From positions 1 to 45,772 of the forward strand of contig JAFDJC010000001.1 in the NCBI GenBank assembly GCA_019307665.1: a DNA stretch of 45,772 nt. Reading direction: 5' to 3'. Each line of letters opens with the position of its first letter. The first letter of the stretch is position 1. Below the pieces are notes generated by a model that was given only the letters and a program-made list of their open reading frames with translations, did not search any database and was not told the DNA's origin. Below, piece after piece: positions 1-7,498 of the stretch. This DNA comes from Deltaproteobacteria bacterium. Lineage in GTDB: Bacteria > Desulfobacterota > Desulfobacteria > Desulfobacterales > SURF-7. The position numbers and the translations under genes are program-made.

Positions 1-378
1 GTTGCGCCGCTTAAAGACCACCATAGAAGCGGAGCATCCATGACCATGAAAAACTGGTATGGAATTCTCGGGGGAAGAAGAAATGTCTTTCATCAGGACA
101 TACATAACATCATAAAAGAACTTAGCATTCTGGTAAAACCGAGTCTTGTTATATTAGACGGTACGGTCAGCATGATGACGAATGGCCCCACAGGAGGATC
201 GCTTTCAGACCTTAAGCCGACTCATACAATGATTGCAAGTACGGACCAAGTTGCCGCTGACGCCTACGGTGCAACTCTTTTAGGAAAAAAAGCAGACAGC
301 TTCCCGTTTATTTCAAAAGCTGAAGCTGCGGGATCGGGAACAGCTGACTATAATACGCTCAACCCGGTTATATTATGA
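1..378 (+). CDS. DUF362-family protein, C-terminal part (5' end lies outside the window)
   Basis: Frame 1 is open from nt 1, with no stop before the listed ATG at 40. The translation ...VILDGTVSMMTNGPTGGSLSD...STDQVAADAYGATLLG... resembles the C-terminal half of DUF362 proteins (recognised from memory). The stop overlaps the next start (ATGA at 375-378). Confidence 0.6.
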   Translation, partial: VAPLKDHHRSGASMTMKNWYGILGGRRNVFHQDIHNIIKELSILVKPSLVILDGTVSMMTNGPTGGSLSDLKPTHTMIASTDQVAADAYGATLLGKKADSFPFISKAEAAGSGTADYNTLNPVIL

Positions 379-2168
379 AAATTGTTACAACAAGAAGAAT
401 TGCGCAAATCTTTTTTTTAGTTCTTTTTCTTTGGTTCTCTATAGCCTCTACCCTGGGTGAAAAATGGTGGCAACTCAGGGGTTGGCCTGTCAATCTGTTT
501 CTTCAGCTTGATCCACTGGTGGGTCTTGGAACATTCATTACTACCCGTACATTTTATTCCGGTTTGATATGGAGCATTGTTACGATTGTCCTGACAATTA
601 TTCTCGGGAGGTTTTTTTTTTGTTTTTTATGTCCTTTTGGTGCTATCCACCAATTCGTGGGTTTTCTGGGCAAAAGAAAAAAAACAAAGCCTCAAAAAAG
701 CAGAGTCAATGCATATCATAAAGCCCAGTCAATAAAATATATAATTCTTACCTTTCTGTTGTCAGCGGCAGCAATAGATTTTCTTTTCGATAGTGATATA
801 CATAGTAATATACATAGTGATATCCTCTCTTCATCTCTCCAGATCGGGCTCCTTGACCCTATTCCACTTCTCCATCGGTCAGTTAATCTGGTGCTTCTGC
901 CACTCATGGATGAACCTGTTTTAAATCTTTCGCCACATCAGCGGTATTATGAAACATCTTGGATTATCGGCAGTATTTTTCTCGCAGCAGTCATTCTCAA
1001 CCTAGTTATTCCCAGATTTTACTGTCGCTATATCTGCCCGCTGGGCGCACTTTTAGGTGTCCTCAGCCGCTTCTCCCTTTGGAGAATCGGACAAAGGAAA
1101 GGAAAGTGCACGGACTGCAAACTTTGCGAAACAGACTGTGAAGGCGCCTGCGAACCGGGGGGCGCCATAAGGATCAGTGAGTGCGTCTTATGCATGAACT
1201 GCCTTCATACATGCCCCGATGATCTTGTGGGTTTCTCTACGAAAGTTTCAGTTTCAGGTGAAACTGTTTCACCTGATATTGAGCGCCGGGAATTGATCGC
1301 TGCCGTGATTTCAAGCGCAGTTCTAATCCCTTCGCTCAGACTAAGCGGTCATACAGGTCCGAACTGGAACCCAAACCTGATCCGGCCTCCGGGTTCTCTT
1401 GATGAAAGTGCTTTTTTATCCCGCTGTATAAAATGCGGTCAATGCATGCGGGTTTGCCCGACAAATATCATTCAGCCAACCGGCCTCCAGGCAGGCATCG
1501 AAGGGATATGGACGCCTACCCTCAATTTTCGCATCGGAACCAGCGGATGTCAGCTGAATTGCATTGCCTGCGGAAACGTCTGTCCCACAGCAGCCATAAG
1601 GCCCATTAGCCTTGATGAAAAACTCGGTAAAAAAAAGTATACCGAAAAAGGACCAATAAAAATCGGGACCGCCTTTGTGGACAGGAACCGATGTCTGCCA
1701 TGGGCCATGAACAAGCCCTGCATTGTTTGCCAGGAAAATTGTCCTGTCAGTCCAAAAGCGATTTATACCAAAGAGTCATTTGAAAGAATAAGAACAGATG
1801 AAGATCTTCGAGTCGAATCTGCCGACACCAACCAGGTCTTTCTTGAAAACGATATTTTGAAGCCAAACAAATTTGGGACTGGGGATTACTTCATTAAAAT
1901 ACTCAATTCTCATGACACCAGCCTTCGCCTTGTTAGCAGTAATACAGCCAACAGCATATCAATACCGGAAAGGCTGTCGTGGCAGCAGTCACCACAGTCC
2001 GGAAACCGTATCGATATTTTTGTCAGGGTCCAGAAGCCGTTTGTCGACCCTGAGAAATGTATCGGCTGCGGAGTCTGTGAACATGAATGCCCGATCACTG
2101 GAAAAAGAGCAATACGGGTTTCAAGAGAAAACGAATCAAGGAATAAGCGCCATAAGTTTGTTTTATAG
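375..2168 (+). CDS. Membrane-bound polyferredoxin (NapH/MauN-like N-terminus plus several 4Fe-4S ferredoxin domains)
   Basis: Hydrophobic N-terminus with CxxCPxG motifs (FCFLCPFGAIHQF, YCRYICPLGALLG). These are followed by repeated CxxCxxC(xxx)CP motifs: CKLCETDCEGAC, CVLCMNCLHTCP, CIKCGQCMRVCP, CIACGNVCP, CIVCQENCP, CIGCGVCEHECP. Confidence 0.8.
   Translation: MKIVTTRRIAQIFFLVLFLWFSIASTLGEKWWQLRGWPVNLFLQLDPLVGLGTFITTRTFYSGLIWSIVTIVLTIILGRFFFCFLCPFGAIHQFVGFLGKRKKTKPQKSRVNAYHKAQSIKYIILTFLLSAAAIDFLFDSDIHSNIHSDILSSSLQIGLLDPIPLLHRSVNLVLLPLMDEPVLNLSPHQRYYETSWIIGSIFLAAVILNLVIPRFYCRYICPLGALLGVLSRFSLWRIGQRKGKCTDCKLCETDCEGACEPGGAIRISECVLCMNCLHTCPDDLVGFSTKVSVSGETVSPDIERRELIAAVISSAVLIPSLRLSGHTGPNWNPNLIRPPGSLDESAFLSRCIKCGQCMRVCPTNIIQPTGLQAGIEGIWTPTLNFRIGTSGCQLNCIACGNVCPTAAIRPISLDEKLGKKKYTEKGPIKIGTAFVDRNRCLPWAMNKPCIVCQENCPVSPKAIYTKESFERIRTDEDLRVESADTNQVFLENDILKPNKFGTGDYFIKILNSHDTSLRLVSSNTANSISIPERLSWQQSPQSGNRIDIFVRVQKPFVDPEKCIGCGVCEHECPITGKRAIRVSRENESRNKRHKFVL
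791..826 (+). repeat. Three in-frame tandem copies of a 12-nt unit (TAGTRATATACA-like) inside the polyferredoxin gene
   Basis: tagtgatataca / tagtaatataca / tagtgatatcct read directly from the sequence. They encode SDIH-SNIH-SDIL in a loop between hydrophobic segments. Confidence 0.8.
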
Positions 2169-2211
2169 CAAGACAGGCTCTATAAATTATAATATTTATA
2201 AAGAGGTAGCT

Positions 2212-4230
2212 GTGGCACACGCATACCAGACAGAAGACACACAGTCGGAACTTTTTTTTGCCCTGTGCGAAAAATTCGGAAATGATATTTTCATGCGGGC
2301 AAAACTCAAAAATGGAGAACCATGCAATGAATGGGTAGACATTACCTGGGAAAAAGCCGCAGATGAGGCCCTCTTAATGGGGGCTGGATTAATTGAAATG
2401 GGGATTGAAAAAGGTGATTGTGTAGGCATATTTGCACACAACAGGCCCCGCTGGATCATAGCCGATCAGGCCATCCAGGGCTCGGGAGCTATTGGTGTAC
2501 CGATATATCCGACGAGTACTGACAGTCAGCTTGCCTTCATCCTTAACGATTGCGGGGCAAACGCGATCATAACCGGTGATAGGGAACTAATGGAACAAGC
2601 CCTGCGCGTAAAACCGGAAGTTTCATCTCTTAATTTTATTGGTTGCATGACGAATCTGAAAACACCCCCTGATGAATATTTAACAGATTACAATAGCCTG
2701 TTAAAAAAGGGAAGTGAGTCTTCTTTTGCTCGGGAACAGTTTAAACAGAGAAGAAAACAATTAACCGGAAAAAATACTGCAGCAATTATTTATACATCAG
2801 GCACAACAGGGAATCCGAAAGGTGTTGTTCTTAGCCAGGAAAATTTCAAATCCCAGACAGATGTGTTGATAAGCACGCCTGTATTACAAAAAGTTCTTGA
2901 AAGGGAAATTCGATTAGAGAGCCTGTGTTTTCTGCCACTGTGCCATATCATGGCGCGCACCGCCGACTATCATCTGCAGATGGCCATGGGAACCACGATA
3001 ATCTTTTCTGAAAGTATTCAAAAAGTTCAAAAAAACTTGCTCGAAGTAAAACCGAATATTCTTTTTTCAGTACCAAGACTTTATGAAAAAATATATGAGG
3101 CTGTCCGTTTGTATTCAGAAAAGTTTACCGGCATTCAAAAAAAGATTTTTGACTGGGCTCTTAAAACAGGCAACAAAGCCTCAGACTATATGATTGAAGG
3201 CTCGCCCCTTCCTCCGGCTCTCGGAATTAAATTCGCCCTTTCAAATGTCCTGGTTTTTGACAAAATAAGAAAAGCAGTCGGTTTTGATCGTCTTGTTGTA
3301 GCCGGCAGCGGTGGCGGCGCACTTTCAGGGGATATCACCAAGTTCTTTCGAAGCATGAATATTACCATCACTGAAGGCTATGGCTTGACAGAAACCACAT
3401 CTGCTGTCTCATCAAATGCGCCGACATTTGTGGAACCCCTGCCGGATAAATGGATATATAAAAAAGCGATGGACTGGCTTGTTGACACAGTCATAGTGAT
3501 GCAGAGCAAAGGTAAATGCCCCTTTAAGTCATTAAAAGGGATGCTCAAAATAACAGTTGTATCAAAGCTTATTCTTCCAAGGTTCATTATCAAACCGGGG
3601 TTTGTGGGCCGCCCATGCAAGGACACTGAAATAAAGATCGCAGAAGATGGCGAAGTCCTTGTGAAAGGCCCTCAGGTCTTCACCAGGGATAGCGGTTATT
3701 TTAAGAGAGAGGATAAAACCGATGAAGTTTTCACAAAAGACGGTTTTTTCATGACAGGAGATATAGGTGAAATAGATGCAGACGGTTTTTTAAAAATCAC
3801 TGACCGTAAAAAGGAGCTTATCGTTACCTCTGGGGGTAAAAACATAGCACCTAACCCGATAGAATTGGCCCTTACCATCGATATGTATATCGACCAGGCA
3901 TGCGTAGTTGGTGATGGGAGAAATTATGTGACAGCCCTTATCGTTCCACAGTTTGAACTTATTGAGAAAATTGCCGGTGACATGAACATCCCTTATAATG
4001 AAAATAGAGATCTTATCCGCTCAACTGAAATTATTCGCTTCTTTGAAGAAATAGTAGAAAAAGTGAACCAGAATCTGGCACGATATGAGCAAATTAAAAA
4101 ATTCCGTTTGCTTCCTCAGTCATTCAGTGAGGAGACTGGTGAACTTACACCAACACAAAAAATGAAACGAAGAGTAATATATGAAAAATACAGTAGCGAG
4201 ATCGATTCTCTTTATAAGAATAAAAAATGA
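2212..4230 (+). CDS. Long-chain fatty-acid--CoA ligase (AMP-forming acyl-CoA synthetase)
   Basis: AMP-binding signatures IIYTSGTTGNPKGVVLS and EGYGLTETT, and a C-terminal TPTQKMKRR motif. The start is placed at GTG 2212, preceded by AAGAGG (2201-2206). The longer listed ORF from 1873 overlaps the polyferredoxin gene in another frame. Confidence 0.8.
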   Translation: MAHAYQTEDTQSELFFALCEKFGNDIFMRAKLKNGEPCNEWVDITWEKAADEALLMGAGLIEMGIEKGDCVGIFAHNRPRWIIADQAIQGSGAIGVPIYPTSTDSQLAFILNDCGANAIITGDRELMEQALRVKPEVSSLNFIGCMTNLKTPPDEYLTDYNSLLKKGSESSFAREQFKQRRKQLTGKNTAAIIYTSGTTGNPKGVVLSQENFKSQTDVLISTPVLQKVLEREIRLESLCFLPLCHIMARTADYHLQMAMGTTIIFSESIQKVQKNLLEVKPNILFSVPRLYEKIYEAVRLYSEKFTGIQKKIFDWALKTGNKASDYMIEGSPLPPALGIKFALSNVLVFDKIRKAVGFDRLVVAGSGGGALSGDITKFFRSMNITITEGYGLTETTSAVSSNAPTFVEPLPDKWIYKKAMDWLVDTVIVMQSKGKCPFKSLKGMLKITVVSKLILPRFIIKPGFVGRPCKDTEIKIAEDGEVLVKGPQVFTRDSGYFKREDKTDEVFTKDGFFMTGDIGEIDADGFLKITDRKKELIVTSGGKNIAPNPIELALTIDMYIDQACVVGDGRNYVTALIVPQFELIEKIAGDMNIPYNENRDLIRSTEIIRFFEEIVEKVNQNLARYEQIKKFRLLPQSFSEETGELTPTQKMKRRVIYEKYSSEIDSLYKNKK

Positions 4231-4771
4231 TTTCATTTAAAGCGCTTGAACGGGCTGTCTTTAATGATTTCAAAAATATGTACACTTAACTCGATACTTC
4301 ACGCCTGACATTATAGTGGACCCCAAAAGCCCAAATTTTGTTTGAGTTAAAATAATTAAATTTAAACCTGTATCCGACATGATTTGCCAGCCTCGATAAA
4401 AAATTATCGTTCAATTTTTCTTCGTTTCAATTTGAAGACTGGGAAATCACAACTATGGCTTTTTTAATATTGGTTGAGACCAGAAAACAAATTACAACAG
4501 ACAAAAAACTATCGATTGAGATTTCCCTATCAGAGCACTTACCGGCCTTTTTTCTGTCGGGTTACGTTGAATTATTTTTTTTATTTTGAGAGGGTCTCGA
4601 CATCAGGATCAATCACTATTTTCGAGAAGGGGATCTATAGGGATGTTTGATTTACCTATCTCAAGGACCATTCATTAATAAATTTAAGATATCATAATAC
4701 CTCAAAGAGAATGACTATAAAAATAGGATTGACGGGAACGGAGTTTGAAATACACTATATGAAAAATGACC

Positions 4772-5098
4772 TCATGTCAGTTGTTCAATATCGATATCCA
4801 TAGCAACGGCGATTCTTTGCAGGGTCTTTTTGCGAAGGTTAGCACCGGGCTTTTCCATTTGGGAATATGCGGCCTGACTTATTTTCATACGTTTTGCAAT
4901 TTCATCTTGAGACAAATTAATGTATTCTCTCCACGAACGTATAATACTCTTCCCTTCAAGAATTTTTTTCTCAATAATTTCATGGGGAATATAAATACTT
5001 TTTTTTTTTTTTTTCTCTATATACTCTTTATAAGGCACAACCACAAAGATCGGGGTTCCATCTTTTTCAATAATTTGATGTTTAGTATGTGCGCTCAT
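4772..5098 (-). CDS. Antitoxin with a C-terminal XRE-type helix-turn-helix (HigA-like)
   Basis: The segment SWREYINLSQDEIAKRMKISQAAYSQMEKPGANLRKKTLQRIAVAM is a typical XRE HTH. The gene overlaps the 3' end of the upstream RelE-like gene by 17 nt, a toxin-first order as in higBA. Confidence 0.7.
   Translation of the reverse strand: MSAHTKHQIIEKDGTPIFVVVPYKEYIEKKKKKSIYIPHEIIEKKILEGKSIIRSWREYINLSQDEIAKRMKISQAAYSQMEKPGANLRKKTLQRIAVAMDIDIEQLT
4999..5014 (-). repeat. A16 homopolymer (T16 on the + strand) inside the antitoxin coding sequence
   Basis: Counted directly: 16 consecutive T at 4999-5014. On the coding strand this is GAG AAA AAA AAA AAA AAA AGT (E-KKKKK-S), upstream of the HTH region. 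Confidence 0.9.
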
Positions 5099-5345
5099 CT
5101 CTTTTTTTCACCTCCTGAATACGTATTATTTTTACTTTATTCTCTACGTCAAAAAATATTCGGTAATTGCCTACTCGAAGCCTATGATCGTAATGATGGT
5201 TTTTTAACGTTTTTACGTTTTTGCAATTTGGCCAACCGCTCAACTTTCGAACTTCCACGACAATTTTTTGTTGATGCTTATTGTCTGTTTTTTCAAGTTG
5301 CTTATAGGCTTTTTTGTTCCACTCAATTGCATACATATCATACAT
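5082..5345 (-). CDS. RelE/ParE-superfamily toxin (HigB/RelE-like mRNA interferase)
   Basis: 87 aa. Carries ...KAYKQLEK...KI...L...P...NVKTLKNHHYDHRLRVGNYRIFFDVENKVKIIRIQEVKKRDERTY, the typical RelE/ParE C-terminal RVGDYR(I/V)-like core. It is coupled to the HTH antitoxin. Confidence 0.75.
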   Translation of the reverse strand: MYDMYAIEWNKKAYKQLEKTDNKHQQKIVVEVRKLSGWPNCKNVKTLKNHHYDHRLRVGNYRIFFDVENKVKIIRIQEVKKRDERTY

Positions 5346-5584
5346 ATAAGATAAGTATAAGTAAGGGTCAATAAAAAAAGCTAAAAACTTATACTGAGAG
5401 GGTAAGCCGTAACGAAGGTGTTACAAACTCATAAAACTTTTATCGGGAAATTAGTCCCTTATTTCCGGGACAGCATCGATCCCAAGGAGTAAGCCACAGA
5501 AAATATCAGATTTCCATTTTCGATCATAAAGGCTACAATGCACTGACTTTGACGATATAAAACAATAGCCATAAAAAATACGAG

Positions 5585-5779
5585 TCAGTTATTAATTATT
5601 TTTTCGTGCGGACTCATTTCCTCAGGATCTTCATCATCGCTGAATAGTATCCACGCGCCATGAAGAGATCTTATTGTTTCATGGTTCTCAGGTTCGAGAG
5701 GAATTGAAATACATCCAATGGATGAACAACCAGCAATTACGACCAGTGTTGAGAGTATTGCAAACTTTCTTGGAAACAC
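5585..5779 (-). CDS. Small putative lipoprotein (hypothetical)
   Basis: GTG start with AAAGGA upstream. Signal-like N-terminus with a lipobox (LVVIAGC). Lies immediately downstream of the SDR gene. No recognisable family. Confidence 0.35.
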   Translation of the reverse strand: MFPRKFAILSTLVVIAGCSSIGCISIPLEPENHETIRSLHGAWILFSDDEDPEEMSPHEKIINN

Positions 5780-5792
5780 AATTCAGTCCTTT

Positions 5793-6533
5793 TTACATTT
5801 TTGCAATAATACTTGTGGGCAATATCTTGAGTAGTCTGCCGACAATATTCCATGGAAAAACCGGTACGGTTGATGATTTAACTTTCTTTTCAATCAGTCC
5901 GGCAATAATGGCGGCGCCCTTTTCCACTGAAATTAAAAACGGACGACTTTTCAGCATATCGTTTAAAGGTGTATCGATAAAGCCGGGGTAGAGAACGGTG
6001 ACATCAATATTTCGTCCATAGGTCTCCGCCCGCAATGCCTCCAGATAAACGGACATGCCCGCCTTTGAAGCAGAATAAGATGCGCTCCGGGGTAATCCCC
6101 TGAAGGCTGCAACTGATGCTACACCCACAATATGACCTCTTCCGCGTTCAAGGAAATAATTCGTAGCAGCATCAATGGTGGCTATCGCTCCGATCAGATT
6201 TGTCTCAATTGTACACCGGGATTTTTCGAACTGCCCCTTGCCCACTTCTTCCCCAAGGCCTATGCCGGCATTCACAAAAGCAATGTCAAAGCCGTTTAAC
6301 TCTTCGACAATGCTGTTGACGGCAATCGGTACATCATTGTAATCCGTAACATCAAGCTTCCGAATAGCGACAATGGCTGAAGATCTCTCTTTTTTAATTT
6401 CATCCCGAATCTTCTCAAGTTCTTCGATCCGACGGGCGGTAAGCCCTATCGCATATCCCCTGTTGGACATTTCAAAGGCAAGTGCTTTGCCGATACCTGA
6501 TGAAGCGCCTGTAATCAGAATGGTCTGGATCAT
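5793..6533 (-). CDS. Short-chain dehydrogenase/reductase (SDR) family oxidoreductase
   Basis: TGASSGIGKA Rossmann motif, NAG motif and the YSASKAG catalytic motif. The start is set at ATG 6533 (MIQTILITGASSGIG) with AAGGAG at 6546-6541. The longer listed ORF overlaps rarD. Confidence 0.85.
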   Translation of the reverse strand: MIQTILITGASSGIGKALAFEMSNRGYAIGLTARRIEELEKIRDEIKKERSSAIVAIRKLDVTDYNDVPIAVNSIVEELNGFDIAFVNAGIGLGEEVGKGQFEKSRCTIETNLIGAIATIDAATNYFLERGRGHIVGVASVAAFRGLPRSASYSASKAGMSVYLEALRAETYGRNIDVTVLYPGFIDTPLNDMLKSRPFLISVEKGAAIIAGLIEKKVKSSTVPVFPWNIVGRLLKILPTSIIAKM

Positions 6534-6535
6534 AA

Positions 6536-7498
6536 CTAACTCCTTTTTATAGATAGTGTTGTTTTTTTTGAGAGTGTTGATGGAACTGCCTGCCCTGAAC
6601 GACAGGTTGCCAAAACTGCATCTGCAGAAAAAACAACCAGCGCCAGCCATATCATGATAAATGTACAGATCTGGACGTTTGCAAACGGTTCTTTATAAAT
6701 AAAAACCGCAAGGATAAAAGTGCAACTGGGAGCTATGTACTGCAAAAACCCTATGGTAATAAGCTGAAGCCTGCGCGCCCCTATAGTAAACATTAAGAGG
6801 GGAAATGCTGTGACCAGCGCGGTACCCATCAGCAGCAAATCAATGTGAACACCTGAACGGAATACCGATCCCACACCCAAATAATCGAGATAGAAAAGAT
6901 ACATTGCTGCCGGCAATGAAAGTATAAGTGTTTCCACAGCCAACCCCTCAAGGGCTTCCACGGGCGCGATTTTTCTGATAAACCCGTATAACCCGAAACT
7001 GATTGCAAGACCCAGCGCCACCCAGGGAAATTGGCCATGGTGAAAAGTTAAGTAACCAACGCCTGAACCCGCCAGAATAACAGCAATAATCTGCAGGTTG
7101 CGAAGTCGCTCTTTAAGAAAAACTGTTCCGAGAAGAACATTGACAAGCGGACTGATGTAATATCCGAGACTTGTTTGTAAAATATGATCGCTGTTGATTG
7201 CCCAGATAAAAAGAAACCAGTTGCCGGAGACGAGAATCGTCGAAGCAAGGAGGAGTCGGAAATTGTGCCGGTTTGTCAACGCTTCTTTAAACGGTCTCCA
7301 GCGTTTAAAGATGATAATGATCAGCAGGAGAAACAGAAACGACCAGACCATTCTGTGCATTAAAATTTCAAGTGCGGGAACAAAAGCCAGCGTTTTAAAA
7401 TAAACCGGGCTGATGCCCCAGGTCAGATATGCCAAAACCGCACAAGATAGGCCGATCGAAGTTTGCCGGTTTTCCCTATTTGGTTTTCCGGGGGGCAT
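6536..7498 (-). CDS. rarD: EamA/RarD-family (drug/metabolite transporter) permease
   Basis: About 10 hydrophobic segments. The N-terminus ...AYLTWGISPVYFK... is typical of RarD. Its ATG shares a base with the mrcA stop (TAATG at 7500-7496). Confidence 0.75.
   Translation of the reverse strand: MPPGKPNRENRQTSIGLSCAVLAYLTWGISPVYFKTLAFVPALEILMHRMVWSFLFLLLIIIIFKRWRPFKEALTNRHNFRLLLASTILVSGNWFLFIWAINSDHILQTSLGYYISPLVNVLLGTVFLKERLRNLQIIAVILAGSGVGYLTFHHGQFPWVALGLAISFGLYGFIRKIAPVEALEGLAVETLILSLPAAMYLFYLDYLGVGSVFRSGVHIDLLLMGTALVTAFPLLMFTIGARRLQLITIGFLQYIAPSCTFILAVFIYKEPFANVQICTFIMIWLALVVFSADAVLATCRSGQAVPSTLSKKTTLSIKRS

Noticed and set aside
1873-2211. N-terminal extension of the acyl-CoA ligase ORF
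   Set aside because: It overlaps the 3' end of the polyferredoxin gene, whose CIGCGVCEHECP motif is encoded there in the other frame. A GTG with an SD at 2212 gives a normal ligase N-terminus.
4766-5374. 202-aa ORF on the + strand
   Set aside because: It is antisense to the RelE-like/HTH toxin-antitoxin pair. It is Phe/Leu-rich with a poly-F run produced by the A16 tract, and it has no SD.
6534-6650. 39-codon N-terminal extension of the SDR ORF
   Set aside because: It overlaps the rarD 3' end. The canonical SDR N-terminus (MIQTILITGASSGIG) starts at 6533 and has AAGGAG upstream.
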